Of a stretch of DNA of 64,000 bases, positions 54,883-64,000 are shown piece by piece. The stretch lies in contig OW569366.1 in assembly GCA_937625935.1 (NCBI GenBank), positions 62,001 to 126,000 of the forward strand. Direction: 5' to 3'. The position numbers and the translations under genes are program-made. The notes beneath the pieces are model-generated. The model saw nothing but the letters and a program-made list of their open reading frames with translations. It made no database searches and was not told the origin of the DNA. Each line of letters starts with the position of its first letter. Position 1 is the stretch's first letter. Source of the DNA: Tetramitus jugosus (lineage: Eukaryota; Protista; Heterolobosea).

Positions 54883-56010
54883 ATGTGTGACGACGTTCAA
54901 GCCCTAGTTGTTGATAACGGATCTGGTATGTGTAAGGCTGGCTTTGCCGGTGACGATGCACCAAGAGCTGTCTTCCCTTCCATCATTGGTAGACCAAAGC
55001 AAAAGTCCATCATGGTCGGTATGGGTAACAAGGATGCCTATGTCGGTGATGAAGCTCAATCCAAGAGAGGTATCTTGACCTTGAAGTACCCAATTGAACA
55101 CGGTATTGTGACCAACTGGGACGACATGGAAAAGATTTGGCATCACACCTTCTACAATGAGTTGAGAGTGGCTCCAGAAGAGCACCCAGTCTTGTTGACT
55201 GAAGCTCCATTGAACCCAAAGGCCAACAGAGAAAAGATGACTCAAATCATGTTTGAGACCTTCTCCGTTCCTGCCATGTACGTTGCTATCCAAGCTGTCT
55301 TGTCCTTGTACGCTTCCGGAAGAACCACTGGTATCGTCTTGGATTCTGGTGATGGTGTCTCTCACACTGTCCCTATCTATGAAGGTTATGCTTTGCCTCA
55401 TGCCATCTTGAGAATTGATTTGGCTGGTCGTGACTTGACTGACTACATGATGAAGATTTTGATGGAGAGAGGTTACTCATTCGGAACTACGGCCGAAAGA
55501 GAAATTGTCAGAGATATCAAGGAAAAGCTTTGCTACATTGCTCTTGACTTTGACGAAGAAATGAAGAAGGCTGCAGAGTCCTCTGTCGTTGAAAAGTCCT
55601 ATGAATTGCCTGACGGTAATGTCATTACTGTTGGTAACGAAAGATTCAGATGCCCTGAAGTCTTGTTCCAACCAAACTTTATTGGTATGGAAGCTGCTGG
55701 TGTCCATGAGACCACCTTCAACTCCATTGGTAAGACTGATATTGATATCAGAAAGGACTTGTACGGAAACGTTGTCTTGTCCGGTGGTACAACCATGTTC
55801 GAAGGTATTGCTGAGAGATTGACCAAGGAATTGACCAATATGGCTCCTGCTTCCATGAAGATTAAGGTTGTTGCTCCACCAGAGAGAAAGTACTCTGTCT
55901 GGATTGGTGGTTCCATCTTGGCTTCATTGTCCACTTTCCAACAAATGTGGATCTCCAAGGAAGAATACGAAGACTCTGGTCCAGGTATCGTCCACAGAAA
56001 GTGCTTCTAA
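54883..56010 (+). CDS. ACT: Actin (375 aa), heterolobosean-type
   Basis: [45 protein letters not shown]; strongly biased codon usage. Confidence 0.98.
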
Positions 56011-56286
56011 ATCTTCTTCTTCTGACCGAATTCGTCAACTTTTTTATAAAATCAATCTTCAAAAATCACAACTCTATTGGCTGATCTTCTGCACGTGTCT
56101 TCTCATGATTAGCTCTCTTGTCTGCAGGGGTGTGCATTTCAAGCTGCTCCTTTTCAGCAAATACAATACATTCCCGTCCAAGTTTTTGGCGCGAACGATC
56201 AGAGCAAGTTATTTACAGATCATTCCCAAAATGATCAAGAACAAACCTTCGAGAAAACAACTCAAACACGATTATTGATCGATCCA

Positions 56287-57000
56287 ATGGTATGTTTCCA
56301 CACATTCACATCGATCAGCTCAAACCCATTGTTCATTCTATTTTCTTTTTGTTCGACTTGACCTCCACAGAGTAAAATAAAGGACGTTATCAAGGAGTGG
56401 GAAGAAAGAGAAGGTCAAAAGATTACGGAAGCTGAAACGATCAAGCTCTATGGTATCTTGCCTCCACTGGAGAAAATTGATCCAGGTTTCTTATCTCAGA
56501 TGAAAAAGTGCAGATATCTCTCACTGTCCACTAACAATATTGAAAAGATTCCCAACTTGACTGGCATGACATCCCTTGAGGTACTGTCTCTCGGTAGGAA
56601 CCAAATCAAGAGAATAGAGAACATGGACGGTGTGGCAGACACGCTCCGTCATCTCTGGGTCAGTTACAATCAGATTGACAAACTGGGAGGAATTGAAAAA
56701 TTGAAGAAATTGCAAGTGTTGTACATGTCCAACAACAAGATTGAAAAGTGGAATGAGTTTGAGAGATTGAAGGAGTTGCCAGAGCTAGAAGACTTGTTAT
56801 TTGTGGGAAATCCTCTGGAGAGAAACACTCGGGAGAAGGGAGAGAACTGGAGAGTCGAAGTGATGAAACGATTGCCAAATTTGAAGCGATTAGATGGAAA
56901 ACCGACGGACGATGTCACTGAAGGCCTGGGAGAATCGCAGAACGAAGAGGAAGGAGATGGAAATCCACAACAACAAGACGCAGAAGCAGCTCCACAATAA
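56287..57000 (+). CDS. DNAL1: Axonemal dynein light chain 1 (LC1); intron 56290-56370
   Basis: ATG|GTATGT..CAG|SKIKDVIKEWE; LSLSTNNIEKI, LSLGRN, LWVSYN, LYMSNN and LFVGNP motifs. Confidence 0.93.
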
Positions 57001-57445
57001 ACAATCACACGAATCGTTAAAATGATAATATTGTTTCTTCTTTTTAAGGATGTAGTTCGTTGGACCGACCTCAACGTATAAATAGAACTCTACCTATAAA
57101 TTTTCCAGACTGCCCAAAAAAACAGGTGCACGACACCCAATCACAAACACAAGCTTACGATCATGGTTGCCACATCTCATCAATGGTTCTGTTCCGGCTG
57201 TGGTTCCTCTTACTTTTCTTTTGACTCCAAACTTTACCAATTGTTGGTGTTGGTTATGTCTTCTTTTGGCGCCTTTTCCTTGTTTTCCCATTTGTTCATT
57301 GATTTTTTTCATCAAAAAAAACTTGCAAAAAACAGAAAACAAACACTCTGAAGGACATCGTGAGTGCGAGTGACCTGATGATGAGTATGAGTTTTCTGAC
57401 GTTTGTCAAATTCTGTCCTATTGATACCATTAGAGAGGTGTTGAA

Positions 57446-58081
57446 TTGTCCGATAACTTGAGTATTCAGATCTCATTGATGACACTTGCTCTTCAAACAT
57501 ATCCTGATAACACTGACTATGTCAACAAGATTATTAATAACATTGCTAGTCAATTGAATAGCACTGCACTTGCTTCAGATGAAATTGTAGAGATGTTGAA
57601 GCGATTGTTGTTGGTGCCACTCGAGTCATACAACAATGTGCTAACAGTTTTGAAGTTGGAGAAGTATGGTGATATTATTCATTCTCTTGGATATGAACAG
57701 AGAAAGTTTATTGCACTGAGCATTGTGAGATGCGCACTTGACAATGGACACAAGATTTCAACATTTGAACAAGTGAACAAACTGTTTGATTTGATTCGTC
57801 CACTGTTGAAGGATGAGGAAGACCAAACAACATTCTCACCTTCTGACGACTCACCAATAGCTGCAACATTGCTCGAAGATTTCGAAGAAGAACAGAACTT
57901 GATTGCCAGATTGGTTCATTTGTTTGATAATAGCGATACTGATCAATTGTTTAAAGTTTTGGCCGCAGCCAGAAAGCACTTTGGTCAGGGTGGTGTCAAG
58001 AGAATTCAATACACATTGGTACCGCTTGTATTCTCCTACTTGAAACTTGCTCAGAGAATCTACAATGCACACTGCAAATAG
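57446..58081 (+). pseudogene. VPS35: Isolated internal fragment of VPS35 (retromer)
   Basis: YPD..DYVN, LL..PL..Y, EDFEEEQNL.ARLVH and ARKHFGQGG..RI.YTL.PL motifs. No N- or C-terminal VPS35 exons are evident. Confidence 0.75.
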
Positions 58082-58445
58082 ACACCTCTTGTCGACTCTC
58101 CATCTTTTTTGATTGATTTGGTTGTTGTTGTTGTTGTTGTTGATGTTCGTTGTGCGACTTGTGTTTTTCGTTGTTGTTGTTGTCGTGTCAGAGAGAAAGT
58201 TTTTCGTTGGTTCAAGATTGGATAGATAGGTGGATATATTTTAAAAAAATACAATAAATGTTGTATCAGTTTCCTCTAAGCTGCGGAATTGGCGCAGTTG
58301 TAAAAATTTCCGTTGAGACTGTCTTTACAACGGCAACGGCCATCTTCCTCGGTTTAAAAAGCGCTGTCTTTTTCGCTGTTTGATTCAACTCACACAACAA
58401 ATATAACACACAACAAATACACCACACAACAAATACAATAACATT

Positions 58446-60359
58446 ATGCCACGAGGCGTGCCGAAGGACGGCAAGAGAAAGAGAAAGAGAGAGACTGTCA
58501 AAAAAAATGAATACTCATCACATTACGTGGTCAAGGTCGGTCTGAAGTCTCTGTTGTTGCATCATCCAACTCTGTTACCAATCATACAGACTCAAGCTCT
58601 GGAGATTACAAGGATTGCTCTTCGACTCACAAGATTTATAAACATATTCGTTTTGAGGCACTTGGAGTCTGACTATCAAATCCCTTTATTAGATCAAGTG
58701 TTTCTTCAAAGATTAGGTTCTGTGTTGTTTGGACGCAATTCAAAACCAAGAGACAATAACTTAAGTCTCATCAACGAGTCTGTCAACATGGACGATGTAG
58801 TAGTCAAACTCAGAAAGATTTATCAGAGTTTTGCCACGTCCATCAATTATGTTGCCAGGTCTCTCAATGTCAACATCTCCAACATGCTCAAGTTCACATT
58901 GGAACCAAGACTGAGGAAGTATCTGAGGGTCAGAATGAATCAACTACACAGTGACTCATCTATTCCAAAGTCAGAACAAAGAAGGGTTGTTGAATACATT
59001 ATCAGAAGGTTGACATTTAGCACTCCTGTCCACGATTTTATCAAATTGCCTCCAAAAGAGTTGATAGAGACGATTCCTGTGTTGATCCGAGAGGTTCGAA
59101 CACTTGTTGATGCTAAAACTGATGAAGTAATTGATGAATCATTTGTGAAGAACAACACCAATAACATGCTGAAGTTTTACTGGCATGTTCAACAATTTCT
59201 GATCAACAATGATATGAAATCGTTTGCACTACTTCCTTTGTCTCATTTCAAGTGCAGGTGTATGGAGATTGGCACAAAGGAATTAGTTGATATGCTTAAA
59301 CAGAAGAAACAAGGAAGACAAAAGAAGGGCGAGGAGTCAACTGAATTGAAGTGTAATCTCAAGTGTTTGAATGTTGGAACAAAGAAGATTCAAATCGACT
59401 CAATCAGAACTGACGGTATTCAGGCCTCTGTTGTTCTCAGACATCAACTCGTTGACAATCACAAGAACAATAAGGCAAAGGAATCCAAGGACCAGAAAGA
59501 AGCAAAGAAGAGAAAGAAGGAAACAAGTATGAACGAAGGTGCTGAATATTTGGTTGGGATTGACCCGGGTATTGTTACGTTGGTGAGTTGTGTTGATTCA
59601 GATGGCAAGAAGTGGGAGTTGTCTAACAAAACATATAGACATCTGTCCCACCATTCGAAAAACTCCAAGCGATTGTTGAAATACAAAGCAGAATGGAACG
59701 AAATGAATGAGAAGAACTTGGATGAACTCCAAAACTCAATCAAACAGGCCGGTGTACCAACAAGTGGTCTGTTCCTTGAACACATCAATTCTGTATTGAA
59801 AGTCGAGGATGATTTGTTGAATTTTTATTGCACCCCAAAGGTGAAGAGACTGAATTGGGATAGCTATATAATGAGAGATAAGACGATTGCCAATGTTATG
59901 AATGACTTTCGAAAGAGAGCAAATGGAAGAAGCATGTTAATTGGGATGGGCAATGCTGGTTTTGGTCATTGTTACAAAGGACATGCTCCAACACCAAAAG
60001 GAAAGCTATTGAAAAAGTTGAATGAGCACTTCAAAGTGAAAATGATCGACGAGTTCATGACAAGTCAGAAATGTCATCATTGCCATTCTCACATGAAGCC
60101 AGTCAAGCATAAGAGAATAGACAAGAATGGAACGTTGAATGTCTCTGTCGTCCGAGGAGTTAAACAGTGTGCAACCACTAAATGTTTAGTGACTCACAAC
60201 AGAGACATCAATGCGGCCAAGAACATGCTCCATCTACTGAGAACAGAAATGGATGGACAGTCACGTCCCGATGCCTTCAAGAGGAAGAAAAAGGTCGCAA
60301 AAGAATTAATCAAAATGGTGGAACACCTCCAAGGCTCACTCCATCAAGCTGCTATGTAA
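58446..60359 (+). CDS. Fanzor (TnpB-like RNA-guided endonuclease), probably Fanzor1-type
   Basis: RuvC-I GIDPG, shifted RuvC-II IDEFMTSQKC, zinc finger CHHC..CATTKC, RuvC-III NRDINAAKNM. Also IRTDG and GNAGFG..KGHAPTP motifs, a KRKRKR NLS, 637 aa, intronless. Confidence 0.9.
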   Translation: MPRGVPKDGKRKRKRETVKKNEYSSHYVVKVGLKSLLLHHPTLLPIIQTQALEITRIALRLTRFINIFVLRHLESDYQIPLLDQVFLQRLGSVLFGRNSKPRDNNLSLINESVNMDDVVVKLRKIYQSFATSINYVARSLNVNISNMLKFTLEPRLRKYLRVRMNQLHSDSSIPKSEQRRVVEYIIRRLTFSTPVHDFIKLPPKELIETIPVLIREVRTLVDAKTDEVIDESFVKNNTNNMLKFYWHVQQFLINNDMKSFALLPLSHFKCRCMEIGTKELVDMLKQKKQGRQKKGEESTELKCNLKCLNVGTKKIQIDSIRTDGIQASVVLRHQLVDNHKNNKAKESKDQKEAKKRKKETSMNEGAEYLVGIDPGIVTLVSCVDSDGKKWELSNKTYRHLSHHSKNSKRLLKYKAEWNEMNEKNLDELQNSIKQAGVPTSGLFLEHINSVLKVEDDLLNFYCTPKVKRLNWDSYIMRDKTIANVMNDFRKRANGRSMLIGMGNAGFGHCYKGHAPTPKGKLLKKLNEHFKVKMIDEFMTSQKCHHCHSHMKPVKHKRIDKNGTLNVSVVRGVKQCATTKCLVTHNRDINAAKNMLHLLRTEMDGQSRPDAFKRKKKVAKELIKMVEHLQGSLHQAAM

Positions 60360-60420
60360 GTCCCGATTATGTAGGAGCGTTAAGGTGTCTTCTCGGGAAA
60401 TCATAATTTTTTTATTATGG
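60300..60420 (+). ncRNA. Candidate Fanzor omegaRNA (scaffold plus flank-derived guide); boundaries uncertain
   Basis: Position at the ORF 3' end is typical. Possible pairings: tcccga(60361)/tcggga(60393) and acacct(about 60324)/aggtgt(60383). GC-rich patch ends abruptly in an AT-rich flank. Confidence 0.4.
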
Positions 60421-60474
60421 GTTTTATTTCACCGAACTACATCCTTAATAATCTGATCAGTTTTGAAATTGAAA

Positions 60475-61738
60475 TTACATGACAATCTCTCCTGGTTGCA
60501 AAATGTTTTCTGAAACAGACTTGTGCGGCAGTACTTTGCTTCCGTTCAAATACACTTCATCACTCACGTGGACATCCTCACCCAAAACAGTCACATTTTC
60601 CAATCTGGCCCATTTGCCAACAGAACTGTTCCATCCGACAATGGTACTCTGGATCCAAGAGTGTGATCCTATCGTTACATCATTCATAATTGTTGATCTC
60701 TGCAATCGCACACCATCTCCAATCACTACATTCTCACCAATGACAACATTGGGTCCAATGACACACCCGTGACCAATCTTTGCAGATGGAGCACAAATCA
60801 CAGAGTCACCAATAATCGTGTAGGAACCGTCTTGTGCGCTGTGTGCCAATTGATCCTTGTTGGCCACTTTTGACCTATCGCTGGCCAAGTACATGCACAT
60901 ACCAATCAAGTAATCCTTTGGTTGTCCAATGTCCATCCAGAATCCGGCCAAATCCATGGCAAACAACTCACCAGTGGATGCCATGGCAGGGAAAATTTCC
61001 TTTTCAATGCTCGTTGGACGCAACTCAATCCTATCCAGAATACTCTTGTTGAACAGGTAGAGCCCGGCGTTGATTCTGTTGCCGACAAACACTTTTGGCT
61101 TCTCTACAAATCTCTCAATTTTGCCTTCCGTGTTTCCTTCAGTGACCACTACACCGTACTTGCTTGGTTCTTCGACTCTAGTCACCATAATCGTTCCTTC
61201 CTTTCCATGTTTCTTGTGAAACGAGATCAAATCATGCAATGGATACTCACATGTGATATCACTGTTCAAAACAAAGAACATGCCATCTTCATTGTCTTGT
61301 ACAAGTGTTTCTCGAGCGAGTGCCAATGGTCCAGCCGTGCCCAATGGTGTAGTCTCATGAGAATACGTAATTTTAATGTTGTAAATTTGTTCATATCTCT
61401 CCATTTCTTTAATCATGGCACTTGGTTTATAATTGACTGCCAAAACAACTTCTGTGACTCCTGCCTACGATGTTTGATTTCATTTTTTTAATTGTGTGTG
61501 ATTTTTGGTGTTAGCTTTTTAGCTTTTTGAGTTTGTTTTATGATGATTATGTGATGGTGATGATCATTTTGTAATAAAACATGTATGTTGTGTGTGTGAC
61601 TTGACTTACATTCTTGAGAGCTTCAATTTGATGAACAATCATTGGCTTATTCGCAAAGTGAACCAGTGGTTTAGGCACAGAGAGAGTGAGTGGTCTGAGA
61701 CGTGTTCCGTATCCTCCAACAAGAATTAAAGCTTTCAT
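60475..61738 (-). CDS. GMPPB: GDP-mannose pyrophosphorylase; intron 61465-61609
   Basis: [40 protein letters not shown] and [10 protein letters not shown] motifs plus hexapeptide repeats. Confidence 0.96.
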
Positions 61739-62024
61739 GGTTTGTTAGTATGAGTGCGTGTGTGTGCGTGTGTGATGGGGTTGATTGGGTTTGATTTTGA
61801 ATTTTTGCTTGTTAGGTTAGAGATGTTTGCTGAGCAAAATGATGTCCAGTTTATTCCCCAACGATCACCGATTGGATTCTATTGCGGTGAGAAAACAGGC
61901 ACAGTCGGAAGGCGCCAATTTGATGTCGGAGTATACAATGATGTCCATTGAAACTTCGATTTGAGATTTCAACAGAGAATACAAAAAAGAACGGAGAAAT
62001 TACCAAGCTTCACAGAAAAACAGC

Positions 62025-64000
62025 ATGTTTTCAGCTTCAACACGAACTTCATCATCGTTGTCGTCAGCCACAAAACTCTTTTTTGTGAGAAACACGCCAT
62101 CAAGCTTTTTGTTTTCATCAAAGCTATCCACCCAATTTTCCACCACCACAACAACAAAAAAACGAACAACAACAACTCAAGCAAAAGCTTTCATGACTCC
62201 ACAAAAACAGCAACAAAAACAACAACAAAAACAACAACAAAAAAAGCTTGCAAAGAGAATTGAACACAAGACACTTGTTCATGACATAGAAACCATTGAT
62301 CACTATTCATGGATCAGAAACAAGGACAATGACAATGATGTCATGCGCTATATCCACTCTGAAAATCACTATACAGAAAAGTATTTGATTGATCGTACTC
62401 GTTCTCTTCAGAACACTCTGTTTGAAGAGTTTAAATCAAGAATAAAGGAGACTGATGTGTCTGTTCCGTTCAAAAATGGTCCATTCATGTACTATCATCG
62501 AACAGTCAAGGACTCTGAATATGCCATTTATTGTCGAAAGCCCATCATTGTCAACAACTCGGTGTCAGTGTCAACAAGTATCAAGCAAGGAACTGAAGAA
62601 GAAGTGAAAATGGAGAGTGATGATGATTGTGTGTTGGGTGAAGAACAAGTCTTGTTGGATTTGAATGAATTGGCAAAGCGTGAAAAGAGTGGATTTTTGA
62701 GTTTGGGAACGTTTCATGTGTCGCCTGATCATTCCATTCTGGGTTATTCGATTGATACGGAGGGTGATGAAGTGTATACCATGTATTTTAAGTGTTTGAA
62801 GACAGGGAGATTGTTTAATGATGTGATTGAGGAGGTGACTGATGATTTAGAGTGGATGAGTGACAATCGAACCATCTTTTATGGTACAATGGACTCTGCA
62901 ATGCGGCCGTACAAGGTATACAAGCATGTTCTCAACTTGGAACTTCAAGAAGAGACGGAACAGGATGACTCAAAGAACAGAGTCAATGAAGAGGACGAGG
63001 AGGAAGAAGAAGAAGAAAATGAAGAGGATGGAGAAGAAGAGGAAGAAGAGGAAGAGGTTGATCGAGGAAGTGACGAGTGTGTCTACACGGAATCGGATGA
63101 AAAGTTTAGTTTGGCTCTCGGAAGAACATGCAATGAGCGTTTTATCATGATACATACTTCATCGCACACGACATCCGAGGTACTGTACATGAGAATGAAT
63201 GATCCGAGTGATACGTTCAAAGTACTGTTCCCTAGACAGCACATGATCGAGTATGATGTGGATCATCATGGTGAACATTTCTATGTCTTGGAGAATATGG
63301 AAGGAAGAAGTAACTTTAGATTGGTTAGAACACCCGAAAAAAATCCATCACTGACCAATGTTGAAGAAATATTGGCACATGATGAGAATAGAGTGTTGGA
63401 GTCTGTGACGTGCTTCAAGTCATTTCTATTGCTCAATGTCAGGGAATCTGGCCTATCAAAGTTGCTCATTCTGAACCCTGAGACATTTGAACAACAGTAC
63501 ATTGCATTCCCTGATGCATCCTATTCGTTGGGTGAAAGTGATAATGATGAATTCGATACAGATTTCATTCGATTGTACTATACTTCCCTGGTTACTCCTG
63601 CCACCATTTTCGATTATCATGTTAAGTCGAATGAGTTGAAAATGGTGAGACAATATGATGTCTTGAACTATGATCCATCACAGTATTTCACAGATCGGCT
63701 CCTTGTTGACTCGACCGTTGATTCAAACATTAAGATTCCACTCACAATCGTGTACAAAAAGACGGACAAGGTACTGGATGGTAGCTCTCCCTGCTTACTG
63801 TATGGATATGGCTCCTATTGCACATCTTATGATGCAGAATTTGATTCAACAATGATCAGTTTGTTGGACCGCGGCTTCATCGTAGCAATCGCGCACATTC
63901 GAGGTGGTGGAGAGTATGGTAAGAAGTGGCACGACCAAGGGAAGCTTATGAACAAGAAGAACACCTTTTCTGACTTTGTTGACTGTGCCAAATATCTAAT
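62025..64000 (+). CDS. ptrB: Oligopeptidase B (S9A); runs off the window end; second in-frame ATG at 62193
   Basis: DHYSWIR, IKETDVSVP, LLDLN, SPDH..LGY..D..GDE, LLYGYGSY, SLLDRG, AHIRGGGEYGKKW and KKNTFSDFV motifs. Confidence 0.92.
   Translation, partial: MFSASTRTSSSLSSATKLFFVRNTPSSFLFSSKLSTQFSTTTTTKKRTTTTQAKAFMTPQKQQQKQQQKQQQKKLAKRIEHKTLVHDIETIDHYSWIRNKDNDNDVMRYIHSENHYTEKYLIDRTRSLQNTLFEEFKSRIKETDVSVPFKNGPFMYYHRTVKDSEYAIYCRKPIIVNNSVSVSTSIKQGTEEEVKMESDDDCVLGEEQVLLDLNELAKREKSGFLSLGTFHVSPDHSILGYSIDTEGDEVYTMYFKCLKTGRLFNDVIEEVTDDLEWMSDNRTIFYGTMDSAMRPYKVYKHVLNLELQEETEQDDSKNRVNEEDEEEEEEENEEDGEEEEEEEEVDRGSDECVYTESDEKFSLALGRTCNERFIMIHTSSHTTSEVLYMRMNDPSDTFKVLFPRQHMIEYDVDHHGEHFYVLENMEGRSNFRLVRTPEKNPSLTNVEEILAHDENRVLESVTCFKSFLLLNVRESGLSKLLILNPETFEQQYIAFPDASYSLGESDNDEFDTDFIRLYYTSLVTPATIFDYHVKSNELKMVRQYDVLNYDPSQYFTDRLLVDSTVDSNIKIPLTIVYKKTDKVLDGSSPCLLYGYGSYCTSYDAEFDSTMISLLDRGFIVAIAHIRGGGEYGKKWHDQGKLMNKKNTFSDFVDCAKYL

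Noticed and set aside
58270-60400. Terminal inverted repeats around the Fanzor (tttcc / ggaaa)
   Set aside because: Only about 5 bp match and there is no clear TSD, which is not significant.

Overview
Gene-dense eukaryotic protist DNA with few, short GT-AG introns. The actin sequence, a 7TM-RGS receptor and F-box/LRR/BTB/RCC1 content suggest a heterolobosean (Naegleria-like amoeboflagellate). There are about 25 ordinary protein genes, including a GPCR, OHCU decarboxylase, GLUT-type transporter, PTP, mitochondrial AspRS, TFIIA-gamma, Sld5, GST, ARMT1, TRM5, a UBA1-like E1, actin, DNAL1, GMPPB and oligopeptidase B. Three things stand out. (1) A family of APE+RT non-LTR retrotransposons sits about 40-50 bp upstream of, and divergent from, every RNA polymerase III gene I could find: two back-to-back 5S rRNA genes and one tRNA-Arg(UCU). 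The copies have target-site duplications, poly(A) tails and a shared 3' stem-loop, and younger copies are stacked nearest the Pol III gene. This resembles the TRE5 system of Dictyostelium, apparently in an unrelated lineage and with natural 5S targeting. (2) An intact Fanzor (TnpB-like RNA-guided nuclease) with structured flanks, plus a collapsed Fanzor relic 50 kb away. (3) A UBA1-like E1 that lacks the canonical catalytic cysteine. All calls were made by eye, without searches.
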